DNA of 64,000 nt, taken from assembly GCA_047601445.1 (NCBI GenBank), contig JASGJH010000001.1, positions 4,384,001 to 4,448,000 of the forward strand, given 5' to 3'. Positions 1 through 10,206 of this stretch are shown piece after piece. The translations under genes were made by a program, and so were the position numbers. The stretch comes from Myxococcales bacterium (lineage in GTDB: Bacteria > Myxococcota_A > Polyangia > Polyangiales > DASUME01). The notes under the pieces are model-generated. The model was not told the DNA's origin. It was given only the letters and a program-made list of their open reading frames with translations, and did not search any database. The first letter of the stretch is position 1, and each line of letters starts with the position of its first letter.

Positions 1-327
1 TGGGTCGACGGAGGCCTACTCAACAACCTACCGCTCCGAGTGTTCGACAACGAGCCCGGCGACAATCCGAAGACGCTCGGCTTGCGCTTGGGCCTCGAGG
101 AGCGCACTCGCATCGACACGTTGGGCGACCTGTTGTCGGTCTGGCCGGTGAGCTTGGGCTTCTTGGGATCCGGCGAGTCACAAACCTCGTTCACGCTCGA
201 CAACTACGATGCATCGGTGCTGCTCGATCCGTCACCGCTTGGACTGCTGGACTTCTCTGCATCGGACAGCGTCTTGGCCGACGTCCACCGCTCGGCGTTC
301 AACGCAACACTGAGCTATTTCCGTTGA
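1..327 (+). CDS. Patatin-like phospholipase, C-terminal part (5' end outside window)
   Basis: Frame from base 1 reads WVDGGLLNNLPLRVFD...KTLGLRL. It contains the patatin DGG catalytic-Asp motif and stops at 327. Confidence 0.8.
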   Translation, partial: WVDGGLLNNLPLRVFDNEPGDNPKTLGLRLGLEERTRIDTLGDLLSVWPVSLGFLGSGESQTSFTLDNYDASVLLDPSPLGLLDFSASDSVLADVHRSAFNATLSYFR

Positions 328-338
328 AGGAGAGATCT

Positions 339-3200
339 ATGCACGAGTTATTTCGCTACATGTCGATGCGTCCTCCCGTTCAGCCCGACGATGATGCCGT
401 CGTCTTGCTGCAACCGTCGCAACCGCTGCGCGCCAAGCTCGTCGCGGCGCGTTCCGATTCCAGGGCAGCCGTTCACAAGGTCGCGTCCGAGCATTTGCAA
501 TCAAGCGCGGCGGCCCTTTCGGTGGACAGATTGGAGTCCGGTCGCGTGCTCGAACCGTTGGCGAAGCAGTTCATCGAAGCTGGTCAGCTTCGAGCTCAGG
601 AACAGCTTGAAGCTGACCTCAAGAAGGCCCTTGGCGATCAGTGGAGCACCCACGTCACAGCACCAGGCTTTGCTCTCGAACAGCAACGTCTTGCAGACAC
701 CTTGATCGCCGCCAAATTGTGCTCGACGGGCAGCTTGTGCGACCTCGACCTGCTCACTGCGCTCGCTTGCATCTACGAAGCGGCCGCGCGTCTGGCCGCG
801 GGTGGTACGGCACACGTGCCCAGTATCGCTGTGATCGGAGACCTCGCTGCGGCGGCCACGCCCTCATCCCCCACCCGCGCGCAAGAGGAGTCCGCCGTCC
901 CCCCTGCACCAAAGCCGGAGCTGGTCAGCCTGGAACGCGACGCGAACGATTTGCAGACCGCGCTTGACCGCTTGGGCAACTTGCCACTCCCAGACCTCGT
1001 AAAACTTCCTCACCGGCAGCTCAAGGCGCAGAGCGCAGTCACGAGCGAGCCGGGCTGCCGCACTTCGCCGGAATCCACGGCTCCCGTGCTGGATGTTCAG
1101 CGCGCCGCCGTCGATGCGTCGACGCCTTGGGAAGTGCGTTCGGAGTTCATCGACGACCTGCCGCGCTACGCGGCCACCCTCGCACGAAAGAGCCTTGCGG
1201 ACTCCAGTCGCGGCGACGTCGCAAGCCTCGCGGAGCTACTGCAGCGCGAGCAGGCCACGGTGCAGGCCAAGATTCGTTCACTGCGAGGTGACGATCCGAT
1301 GGCGGAGGCCGTGGTTTCACTCGGCAACAAGTTCTTCAAAGCCGGGACGCTCGGCAAGACGAGAGCGCCCAAAACGTCGGGCTTGCCTCAGGGCAGTGGA
1401 TCCCTTCGACCGGTCGGGGTCGCTGATCTGCTCGTCGTGCGCCAGCAGCTGACTTCCTACCAAGGCGGCGATGTCGCGCACATCGAGAATATCCTCAAGT
1501 CCGAAGAGCTGCACCGTGAGACCGAACGGCGCGAGAAGAGCGAGCAGTCGGTGTTGACGGAGACCGACGAGCTACGCGAAGAGGAACGTGACACCCAGAC
1601 CACCGAGCGCTTCTCACTGCAGCGCGAGACCGCCACCACCCTGGAGACCGATCTGTCGGTCAACGCAGGACTGGCCGTGACAGCGCGCTACGGGACCATG
1701 GTCGAGGTCCAAGCCAACGCCGGGTTCTCCTATCAGACCTCCAGCAGCGACTCGGTTCGCCAGTCGTCGGCGTACGGGAAGGACGTCGTGACCCGCGCGG
1801 CGACCAAGGTCTCCCGGCGTATGCGTGAGCTGCGAACCACCACCACCTCGATCGAGTTCCTGGAGCGCAACAAGCACGGCTTCCAGAACTCCGCGCCTGG
1901 CGCAACGCACATCAGCGGCGTCTACCAATGGGTCGACAAAGTGTCGGAGGCACAGGTCTACAACTACGGGAAGCGCATGATGTTTGATGTGATGCTCCCC
2001 GAGCCGGCCGCGTTCTTCGTCGCCGCACAGCAACAGCAGAGGACGGAAGGCGACAAGCTCGTCAAGCCGCCCACGTTCACGGCCAAGCCCAGCGACATCA
2101 CGGAGAGCAACTATCAGAGCCTGGCGCAGAGCTACGACGCCATCGGCATCGAGCCACCGCCACCGCTCTATTTGTTGTTGGCGAAGGCGATTGAGTTCAA
2201 CACCAATGGCGCGCAGGGCGCCACCTACGTGACCAAGGCCGATGCCATCCCTGTTACGGAGGGCTACGAGGCCATCGGCTGGGCGATCCGATGCTTATCG
2301 GGGGGCGCCGGCTCGAACAATGCGTACGTCTTCGTGGGGCGCGAGGCTTTCGACTCGAATGCACGACAAGCGACGAGTTGGACCCTGGCGGGGGAGACCT
2401 CTCAGGTTCCCATCGCGGTTGCAGGACTGAACCTGCTGCTGTTTGCTGCCACGATCGAGGTGCTGATTCGCCGCACCGAGCGCGCGATGGCCGTCTGGCG
2501 CCAGAAGACCCACGCCGCGATCGCCCAGGCCTACACCGCCAAGAAGGCCGAGTACGAGCGCGCACTTGCGTCGGCTGCAGCCGGGAGCACAGTGCAGATC
2601 AGCGGCCGCAATCCTGGCGCGAACAAGCGCCTCGTTCGGACGGAGCTGCGCAAGATGTGCTTGGCGCAGCTCACGGCACAGCAGTTCGACGCGTTCGGCG
2701 CAATCGAAACGTCCAGCCAAGGCTACCCCGAGGCGAACCTGGTCCAGAGCGAGCTGCAAGGCGAATACATTCGCTTCTTCGAGCAGGCATTCGAATGGGA
2801 CCAGCTGATGTACTTCTTCTACCCCTACTACTGGGGGATCAAAGAAGGTTGGCTGACCACCTCTCTGCTCGAGGACGTCGATCCGGAGTTCGGCGACTTC
2901 CTGCGTGCTGGCGAGGCGCGTGCCGTGTTTCCGGTCCGACCTGGATTCGAGAAGGCCGTGCTCCACTACCTCGACACCGGCGAGATTTGGAACGGCGGCA
3001 ACCCGCCCAAGATCACGAGCCGGATGTACGTACCGATTCTCGCCGAGCTCGAAGCCGCCAATGGTCCCGCGGCTGCGGAGAAGGCGCACGGTGACCCATG
3101 GGAAGTTCGCCTACCGACGACTCTCGTGCACTTGCGCGCGGACGATCGTCTTCCCAAGTGGAAGAAGACGAACGGCGTGTGGGGAGAAGATCTGACGTAG
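339..3200 (+). CDS. Large conserved hypothetical protein (953 aa), possibly beta-pore-forming/translocase-like
   Basis: Long ORF with AGGAG RBS before ATG 339. Contains blocks VGVADLLVVRQ, HIENIL, PEPAAF and FFEQAFEW...FYPYYW, plus a Ser/Thr/Glu-rich central region. No signal peptide. Confidence 0.75.
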   Translation: MHELFRYMSMRPPVQPDDDAVVLLQPSQPLRAKLVAARSDSRAAVHKVASEHLQSSAAALSVDRLESGRVLEPLAKQFIEAGQLRAQEQLEADLKKALGDQWSTHVTAPGFALEQQRLADTLIAAKLCSTGSLCDLDLLTALACIYEAAARLAAGGTAHVPSIAVIGDLAAAATPSSPTRAQEESAVPPAPKPELVSLERDANDLQTALDRLGNLPLPDLVKLPHRQLKAQSAVTSEPGCRTSPESTAPVLDVQRAAVDASTPWEVRSEFIDDLPRYAATLARKSLADSSRGDVASLAELLQREQATVQAKIRSLRGDDPMAEAVVSLGNKFFKAGTLGKTRAPKTSGLPQGSGSLRPVGVADLLVVRQQLTSYQGGDVAHIENILKSEELHRETERREKSEQSVLTETDELREEERDTQTTERFSLQRETATTLETDLSVNAGLAVTARYGTMVEVQANAGFSYQTSSSDSVRQSSAYGKDVVTRAATKVSRRMRELRTTTTSIEFLERNKHGFQNSAPGATHISGVYQWVDKVSEAQVYNYGKRMMFDVMLPEPAAFFVAAQQQQRTEGDKLVKPPTFTAKPSDITESNYQSLAQSYDAIGIEPPPPLYLLLAKAIEFNTNGAQGATYVTKADAIPVTEGYEAIGWAIRCLSGGAGSNNAYVFVGREAFDSNARQATSWTLAGETSQVPIAVAGLNLLLFAATIEVLIRRTERAMAVWRQKTHAAIAQAYTAKKAEYERALASAAAGSTVQISGRNPGANKRLVRTELRKMCLAQLTAQQFDAFGAIETSSQGYPEANLVQSELQGEYIRFFEQAFEWDQLMYFFYPYYWGIKEGWLTTSLLEDVDPEFGDFLRAGEARAVFPVRPGFEKAVLHYLDTGEIWNGGNPPKITSRMYVPILAELEAANGPAAAEKAHGDPWEVRLPTTLVHLRADDRLPKWKKTNGVWGEDLT

Positions 3201-3589
3201 CGCCGCTTCCACGCGGCCCACTGCTCACCCACGGACTACTGGGGGGCCGACCGAGACGCAACGCGGCTTCGCTGCTGGGTCGCCGCCCTCTCTCGTGGGT
3301 AGCAGGCGTTTGGAGTCCGTTCAATTGGGACCGAGGCTGTAGTCACTTCCTTTCACTCGACCCGCGATGAGACCCTTGAGACCCATCTCAGCGACGGCCG
3401 GCACCCCATCGGCCGCCGCGAGGGCTCACAGGATATCCATGCCTCTTTCTCAAGCAATGGTTGAGGGTGGCATTGGCCTGCCACGGCGCGTGAACGCATC
3501 ACGTGATCGTCTGGCCGGCACGGCAGGGATCCGGTGCTGAGATCAGAGGCCAACGGGTGACCTACTGATCTGGCAGGGCGTTGTTCTTG

Positions 3590-4240
3590 CTACGGACAGG
3601 GCACCTTGAAGTAGTTGCTCCAGTGAGCGCCACCGTCATCCGACGCGGAGAAGGTCAAGGTGAGCGTCGAGTTGCACGCGAAGTTCAGCCTGGCATCGAA
3701 GTTGCCGAGCGGGTCTGACGTCTGCACGACGGATCCCTGGTGGAAGGCATCGTCGGCCACGCGTATCGATACGTTCTTGCTCTTTTGGAATCCGCAGCCG
3801 AGCACCTCGAAGCCAGCGGTCGAGCCGGTACCGGATGTCTTGACGTTGGTGATGGTCGGGGACGGGTACATGGGCGGCGTCTGAATGACCACGCCGCCTG
3901 GGCTGGCGGTGAAGGTGACGGTCGGTCCACTGCTTTCCCAGCCGTCATGCGAGGTAGTCGCGTGAACGTAGTGGCTCCCCGCTGCGAGCTCGCCGACGTA
4001 GATCGAGCACTGCCCCGTGGGCCCGAAGCCTCCGTAGTAGTAGGTGACGACACCTTGCTGCAACTCAGGTGGAGGAGGCTGCCCTGGTACCGCCGTCCAC
4101 ACGCCGACCGCGCACGTGTCGGCACGCCATGGGGAGTTCACGCCCGGATCCGTCAAGGTCACCGTGAAGTTGTGGACGTCGAGCGTGGCGCCGGGAGTCG
4201 GAAAGGTAATGACGGAGGGTCCGAGGCCAAGGTGACCCAC
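3590..4240 (-). CDS. Hypothetical beta-rich protein with Ig-like domains; 5' end uncertain
   Basis: 216-aa Thr/Gly/Val-rich ORF (ITFPTPGATLD; GCGFQKSKNVSIRV). Weak start; may be frameshifted from the ORF starting at 4389. Confidence 0.6.
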   Translation of the reverse strand: MGHLGLGPSVITFPTPGATLDVHNFTVTLTDPGVNSPWRADTCAVGVWTAVPGQPPPPELQQGVVTYYYGGFGPTGQCSIYVGELAAGSHYVHATTSHDGWESSGPTVTFTASPGGVVIQTPPMYPSPTITNVKTSGTGSTAGFEVLGCGFQKSKNVSIRVADDAFHQGSVVQTSDPLGNFDARLNFACNSTLTLTFSASDDGGAHWSNYFKVPCP

Positions 4241-4519
4241 ACATCGTAGAGCTTGTAATCGGTCGCCGGAACGATGACTGCCAAGCCGTCCGGACCGCGC
4301 GGTGCAATGCTGGGTCCCGAGGTAGGCTGCGGGCGCCCGCCGGACGAAATGTCAAGTAGCGCACGGACTTCTTGTCCGATGGGCGTCACTTGCCGGCTTT
4401 CGCAAAAGTTCGTCCGACGTCAGCCGTTCGAACACTGCACGACTGGATCTTTGAGCGAATCCCCGTCAAAGCTCAGCGTACGTGCACTTCGCGACGCACC
4501 GGGCACCTTCACGCGCCCG

Positions 4520-5419
4520 TCACCCCAGGCACTCCACCAGCAACTCCACCATGGCACGCAGCGCCGGCGACACATTGCGCGCACTCGGGTAGACAGCGAG
4601 CGTGGGACGCGCGGGTGGCGTAAACGGAGTCAACACCTGTCGCAGCTCTCGAGCGGCCATGCCTTCCTGCGCAAAGCGCTCCGGCATCTGGACGAGGCCC
4701 ACGCCCGAGCGGGCTAGCCCGGACAGGACCTGGAAGCTGTTGATCAGCATGTGCGGGACGATGGGAACCATGCGGGTCTTGCCGTCGATTTGAAAGGTCC
4801 AGTGGGCGGGCGACTGCACACCGGACATGGCCAAGCAACGATGCTGCTTGAGCTCATCCGGCGCGCGCGGCACGCCATGGCGGCGCAGATAGGAGGGGCT
4901 CGCGTACACTCCGCGGTGCTGGGGCTCTCCGAGGCGTCGCGTCATCAATTGCGAGTCACCGAGGGGGCCTACGCGGATGGCCAGGTCAAACCCTTCGTCA
5001 ACCAGGTTCACGTGTCGATCGGTCAGCTGCACCTCGATCTCCACGTCGGGATAGCGCAGCGCGTAGCGCGCGAGAACCTCGCCGAGCATGGTGTGTCCGA
5101 ACTCGATGGGTGCGGTTAGGCGCAAGCGACCGCTCGGGTGCGCCTGCAGCGTGCCCACCAACGCTTCGGCCTGCCTTAGCGCGTCCACCGCCGGAGCGAC
5201 CTCGCGGTGGAAGCTGGCACCGATGTCCGTGAGCTGGAGGCTGCGCGTCGTGCGCGAAAGTAGCCTGGCGCCAAGGTGGGTCTCCAGCGCCGCCACGCGC
5301 TGGCTGAGCGTGGACTTCGATAGCCCCAGTGCTCGTGCTGCGCCGCGAAATCCGCGGTATTTCACCACCTCCACGAACGCTACCAGCAGGTTGGGATCCG
5401 CGCTTCGGACTGTCCGCAT
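4520..5419 (-). CDS. LysR-family transcriptional regulator (DmlR/CrgA-like)
   Basis: HTH FRGAARALGLSKSTLSQRVAALETHLGARLLSRTTRSL, followed by NLVDEGFDLAIR. Divergent from the alkene reductase gene. Confidence 0.95.
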   Translation of the reverse strand: MRTVRSADPNLLVAFVEVVKYRGFRGAARALGLSKSTLSQRVAALETHLGARLLSRTTRSLQLTDIGASFHREVAPAVDALRQAEALVGTLQAHPSGRLRLTAPIEFGHTMLGEVLARYALRYPDVEIEVQLTDRHVNLVDEGFDLAIRVGPLGDSQLMTRRLGEPQHRGVYASPSYLRRHGVPRAPDELKQHRCLAMSGVQSPAHWTFQIDGKTRMVPIVPHMLINSFQVLSGLARSGVGLVQMPERFAQEGMAARELRQVLTPFTPPARPTLAVYPSARNVSPALRAMVELLVECLG

Positions 5420-5430
5420 GAGTGGACAGT
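5409..5430. promoter_or_regulatory. Putative LysR binding site
   Basis: Inverted repeat ACTGTCC-N8-GGACAGT over the LysR start, between divergent genes. Confidence 0.55.
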
Positions 5431-5502
5431 GTGTTCGAATCGTCGCCCATTGTCCACGGAGCCTGGAGCCCATAGCTTGGGGAGCATCAAGGAGACCTCG
5501 CC

Positions 5503-6582
5503 ATGCGACTCTTCACCCAGCACACCATCGACACGCTTCACTTGCCCAACCGCATCGTCATGGCTCCCATGACGCGCAGTCGCGCCCTCGGCGGCGTACC
5601 CAACGAGCTGATGCGGGAATACTACGCGCAGCGCGCCAGCGCGGGCTTGATCATCACGGAAGGCATCGCCCCGTCAGCGAATGGTCTCGGTTATGCGCGC
5701 ATTCCGGGCCTGTACTCGAGCGAGCAGGTCGCGGGCTTCCGTGCGGTGACCGAGGCGGTGCACGCTCGAGGAGGCCGCATCTTCGCGCAGCTCATGCACG
5801 TGGGCCGTGTCGCGCACCCGCTCAACGTTCCGGCTGGCGGTCGCATCCTCGCTCCCAGTGCCCTGCGCGCAGGGGGACAGATGTACACGGACGCCGCGGG
5901 TTTGCAGGACTTCCCTACCCCCCAGGCAATGCAACCCGTGGACCTCGAGCAGGCGCGGGCTGAGTTCGTTCACGCCGCACACAACGCCATGGACGCTGGC
6001 TTTGACGGTGTGGAACTCCACGCGGCCAACGGCTACTTGCTCGAACAATTCCTGCATCCCCACACCAACCGCCGCAGGGATGCCTACGGCGGCAGCGACG
6101 AGGCACGCAATCGGTTCGTGATCGAAGTGGCTACCGAGACCGCCCGCGCCATTGGCCCGAGCAAGGTCGGCATCCGCTTCTCGCCGTACAGCACCTTCAA
6201 CGACATGACTCCGCGTGACGACGCCACCGCGCCATACGCGCAGCTCGCCCAGGCCCTACGCGGCCTCGCGTACCTACACGTCGTCGCCAGCTCCCACGCT
6301 CGCTTCAAGGAGACCGCCCAAGCCATGCGAAGTGCGTTCGGAGGAACCCTGATCCTCAATGGTGGATTCGACAAGGAGCGGGCGGAGACTGCACTCACCA
6401 GCGGCCAGGCCGACCTGATCTCCTTCGGCCGTCCCTTCATCTCCAACCCAGACTTCGTCGCACGCACCCTCGCGGACGCGCCGCTCTCTGCGCCCAATCC
6501 GGAGACGTTCTACACGCCAGGCGCGGCGGGATACGTGGACTATCCGGCGGTGGGCAGTCTCCAGTCGTTGCAAAGCTCGTGA
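5503..6582 (+). CDS. nemA: Alkene reductase / old yellow enzyme (NemA-like FMN oxidoreductase)
   Basis: Motifs NRIVMAPMTRSRA, YYAQRASAGLIITE, GFDGVELHAANGYL and GRPFISNPD. AGGAG RBS. Confidence 0.93.
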   Translation: MRLFTQHTIDTLHLPNRIVMAPMTRSRALGGVPNELMREYYAQRASAGLIITEGIAPSANGLGYARIPGLYSSEQVAGFRAVTEAVHARGGRIFAQLMHVGRVAHPLNVPAGGRILAPSALRAGGQMYTDAAGLQDFPTPQAMQPVDLEQARAEFVHAAHNAMDAGFDGVELHAANGYLLEQFLHPHTNRRRDAYGGSDEARNRFVIEVATETARAIGPSKVGIRFSPYSTFNDMTPRDDATAPYAQLAQALRGLAYLHVVASSHARFKETAQAMRSAFGGTLILNGGFDKERAETALTSGQADLISFGRPFISNPDFVARTLADAPLSAPNPETFYTPGAAGYVDYPAVGSLQSLQSS

Positions 6583-6999
6583 GTGGCCGAGCGGGCCGAG
6601 CGCTTGCACGGGTATCACAGGCTGACGCCGTTCGCGGCGAGGTCATCAGACGAGGCGCTCGAGCTCGAGTCTCCGAGCAAGCCGTCACCCCCAAAGCACA
6701 CGAGGATCACCCCAAACGGGCGTCGACATGGTGCGCGATGCGGTAGGCATCGTGCGCCCTCGACGACTGCAGCCATGTAGTTCGTCCGGCTCACCACCGC
6801 GAGCTCGATCTCGCCGTCGCGCAGGACTCTCCTTGGTGTGATGCACTAGGAATCGAATCATCGTGAATGAATAGTCACGGCGATCACAACCGTCGACGGC
6901 CGCACATCGCCCGACGACGCGGTGCCCTCGAGCGCGATGGGCATTCGCTTCGCGTCGATAGCGATTCTGAATGCCGATGAACGGATAGGAGAAGCGCCT

Positions 7000-8694
7000 G
7001 TGAAAGCAAGAACGTCATTGTCGTGGATATGGGGCAGTTTGATCATCGCGTGCTCGAATGGGGCCGACCTCGGAGCGGAGCCCGTTCAAGGGGACGCCGG
7101 GGCGCTCGAGGAGGTCCGCACGTTCGAAGCGGCGGCCGTGGACGCTCTGCCGAACTCCGACTGTACGCTGCATCCGCAGGGCGACCCTTCGCCAGAGCAA
7201 AGTGTTCCTGTCATGGTGGACGAAGACGGTGTGGCACGCTTCGACGCGCTCCGTGCGACCGAGGCGGACGACGTGCTGTACCTCGACCTCGATTGCCGAG
7301 ACCAAACCGGCAAGACAGCGACGTACACGGTCGATCTTCAGTCCGAGGCAACCTTCACCTTGCGGCCGCGCGACGATTCGAAGTCCACGCGTCCAATTCG
7401 TCCTGCCTTGACCGGCGATCCCATGGCGTGGTCCGAGGAGGCCCTTATCGCAGGTGGCTATGGCCTGCGTCCCGATCCGGTTCAAGCGCCGGAGAACTTC
7501 GAGAAGTGGCTCAGGTCTGTGTCGAAGCCGGCTCGCGCGGCCGCCATCCATAGAGTCGACGGCGCGCCTAGCTTTCAGAGCATGTCGCGGTCCGACGACC
7601 ACGTGTGGGGCGGCGGTATCCTCCTCGGTGGCGCGCCGTACGACGCAGTCTCGGCGGAGGTCGTGTTTGCGAAGGCGGTTCCACAGGGCGGCACCACCAA
7701 GCAAATCGGTGCCTATTGGGCTGGCATCGGCGGTTTTGGCAACAACACGCTCATCCAGAGCGGCGCCGTCATCAACACGTCGGCCACGGCGGCTAGCTAC
7801 GGCGTGTGGCGCGAGTATTGTTGCGGCGGGACGGGCTACAAGAACGGCGCCGACAACAACTTCTACGCCGCTTCGCCGGGCGACGATATCCTGATTCAAT
7901 CCTGGGCCTGCAATAGCAAAGGCGCATTCGACGTGAACGGCGGCTACGGCTGCTTCTACATGTCGGACTACACCAACGACTCCTTCGTGTCTTGCACGCT
8001 CCCGAACGGAAGCGGTGGCTGCAAAGATGGTGTACAAGATCCGAAATCCTCCACGTGGTGTTGTCCTTCACTGCCCCAGCCACACGCATTCAACGGCAAC
8101 TCGGCAGAGTTCATCTACGAGCGCCCGAGCGGCAACGGCGAATCATCGGTCGTCCAGAGCGGCAGGAGTCGCATCTTCAACACGATGGCGCACTCCACCA
8201 GCCTCAAGACGTGGGTCGACTTTTCCAGCGACCCGAACGTGCAACTCCGCACGCTCACCACGAACGATGGCAACGAGAGAGTGCTCAAGAACGGAGCCTG
8301 GACCAGCAAGTCGGAGTTCGTGTTCAAGGATCCGCCCGCACCCTCCGCGTTTGGCTGCGGCATACTCTTGACCGGACAAGGGCTGACCCCGGGCCGAAGC
8401 CTGTGGTCTTGCGACGGCGTGTTCCAACTCATCCTGCAGACCGACGGCAACCTCGTGCTCTATCAAGGAGCGAAAGCGCTATGGTCCAGCCGTACCAACG
8501 GCAAAGCAGGCTTCGAGGTGATCATGCAGTCGGACGGCAACTTGGTGCTCTACGATCCCTACGGCACCGCGCTCTGGGCTTCGGGCACCAACAACCATCC
8601 AGGTTCCGCCTTGGCTTTGACCCCAGCCTCCACGGCGAACCCACGCATGAAGATCATCGACGAGAACGGCGCGACGATCTGGCATGTCCCCTGA
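7000..8694 (+). CDS. Lipoprotein with G1 (glutamic) peptidase-like domain and C-terminal bulb-type mannose-binding lectin domain
   Basis: GTG start after AGGAG; lipobox LIIAC. G1-like motifs WAGIGG, LIQSG and SAEFIYERP. Lectin repeats LQTDGNLVLY and MQSDGNLVLY. Confidence 0.75.
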   Translation: MKARTSLSWIWGSLIIACSNGADLGAEPVQGDAGALEEVRTFEAAAVDALPNSDCTLHPQGDPSPEQSVPVMVDEDGVARFDALRATEADDVLYLDLDCRDQTGKTATYTVDLQSEATFTLRPRDDSKSTRPIRPALTGDPMAWSEEALIAGGYGLRPDPVQAPENFEKWLRSVSKPARAAAIHRVDGAPSFQSMSRSDDHVWGGGILLGGAPYDAVSAEVVFAKAVPQGGTTKQIGAYWAGIGGFGNNTLIQSGAVINTSATAASYGVWREYCCGGTGYKNGADNNFYAASPGDDILIQSWACNSKGAFDVNGGYGCFYMSDYTNDSFVSCTLPNGSGGCKDGVQDPKSSTWCCPSLPQPHAFNGNSAEFIYERPSGNGESSVVQSGRSRIFNTMAHSTSLKTWVDFSSDPNVQLRTLTTNDGNERVLKNGAWTSKSEFVFKDPPAPSAFGCGILLTGQGLTPGRSLWSCDGVFQLILQTDGNLVLYQGAKALWSSRTNGKAGFEVIMQSDGNLVLYDPYGTALWASGTNNHPGSALALTPASTANPRMKIIDENGATIWHVP

Positions 8695-9138
8695 GTTCTG
8701 ATCCGACGCACCGCTCCCGAGCTGAGGGAGGCTCGATAGCCCTGACCTCATGCCGAGCTCGAGCGCGCAGCCGATCACAGCGCCTCCAGGTTTGTCCATG
8801 CGGTGCCGAAACGACCGCAATGCGTCCCGAAGGCCATGCGACTGGATTGCCTCTCGAAGCAACGTGCAAGGCGGCCTCAAGCTCTCAGCATAAGGAGTGC
8901 TCGTTGCCGCCCGACAAGGCCACGATGCGGCCATGCCTTTGACGACGACTATCCCCGCGCCGTCGTTCCCACTGCTGAGAGCGGGGGCATAGTCATTTCC
9001 GTTGCGCCCGCTCCGCGACGAGCGCTCTCTGACCCTGGGTGCCATCCTGCTCACTAGCGGCAGTCCCTAGTCGGTGAGATCTTGGAGCGACTCTCTCGCG
9101 CTGTTTGCGCGGGTATAGCATCGCTGAATTGAGGCACG

Positions 9139-10206
9139 ATGCTTCCAAAGCGGTCCATGTGGCGACTTACTCCGTTCTTCGCGTTGTGGCTCTTTGCGAC
9201 TTTTCCAGTCGCAGGCGCCGAATCCAGGCCGGCAGAAAGGAGCCGTGGGATAGCGGCCGAGGAGGAGCTGCGCCGTCTCTCTCTGGAGCACCAACAACAG
9301 GCAGACGCGAACAAGAAAACTGTAAATGGAGCGCTCAGCGGCCATCGACCACAGGCTGAGGTTCCGCCGGACGTGGACATCGGCCTCCAAGTTGCGTTTA
9401 CCTCCCCCACGACCGAGTTCGATCCTGAGTCGCCCATCGAGAGAGGCTCGCATCCGGTAGCCGAGGTGTACACCGACCGTAACGGAAACACGGTAACGCG
9501 CATCTTCAAGGATGATCAGCAGATTGAGAAGTCTCTGCGCAAGGCTGAGCGCGCTGCCCATGCACGGGCATACCGTTCCGTTGTGCGCCGCATGAAGATT
9601 CTCGAGGAGATCCTTCCCAATAGGAGCATGAAGAAGCTCGACGCCCATCGTCCAAGCTCCTCTGGCGTCTTCATCTCGGAGCTCCACGAGTATCTCGCTC
9701 AAGAGATGCACATCAAGGATGCGGCCCAGGTAGCCGCATCCTTCGACCCCGCTCCGTTGATCGAAGTGGTCGAGTTGACCGAAGACGTCAATCTGCTGCG
9801 CCTGTTTGGAGGCAAGTCAAAGCCCCTCAGCAACTATTTGTTCTGTTGCCTTCAGCCTGGACAACCCTTGCCCGCAGGCTCGCCACGTTTTTCGACCCCA
9901 TTTCGGGCGTGGACGGATGCTAGCGGATTGGCGTTGCCGCCGGGCAACGTCAAGGAGGCACTGTCCGTCGTCAAGGTCCCAGCGGGTACTCGTGTGCTGG
10001 TCGGCACCGTGGCCGACAACTTCAAGGACGAAGCCGGCCGCTATGCTCTGGGTGGCAACATTCAAATCTTTGTATCCGCGCTCGGCGACTTCGAGCATCA
10101 GGTCTTCAGGCGTGACATCGGCACGGAGAGTGCTGCCGATATCGTCGTCGTGGGTGACCATGGAGTGGTCACTCGATACCATCGGGTCGCTGGCCAAGAG
10201 CATTGA
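9139..10206 (+). CDS. Secreted protein with C-terminal TNT-like/ADP-ribosyltransferase-fold toxin-like domain
   Basis: Signal peptide FFALWLFATFPVAGA. C-terminal pattern RLFGG...LALPPGN...VKVPAGTRVLVGTVA...GGNIQIFV. Confidence 0.55.
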   Translation: MLPKRSMWRLTPFFALWLFATFPVAGAESRPAERSRGIAAEEELRRLSLEHQQQADANKKTVNGALSGHRPQAEVPPDVDIGLQVAFTSPTTEFDPESPIERGSHPVAEVYTDRNGNTVTRIFKDDQQIEKSLRKAERAAHARAYRSVVRRMKILEEILPNRSMKKLDAHRPSSSGVFISELHEYLAQEMHIKDAAQVAASFDPAPLIEVVELTEDVNLLRLFGGKSKPLSNYLFCCLQPGQPLPAGSPRFSTPFRAWTDASGLALPPGNVKEALSVVKVPAGTRVLVGTVADNFKDEAGRYALGGNIQIFVSALGDFEHQVFRRDIGTESAADIVVVGDHGVVTRYHRVAGQEH

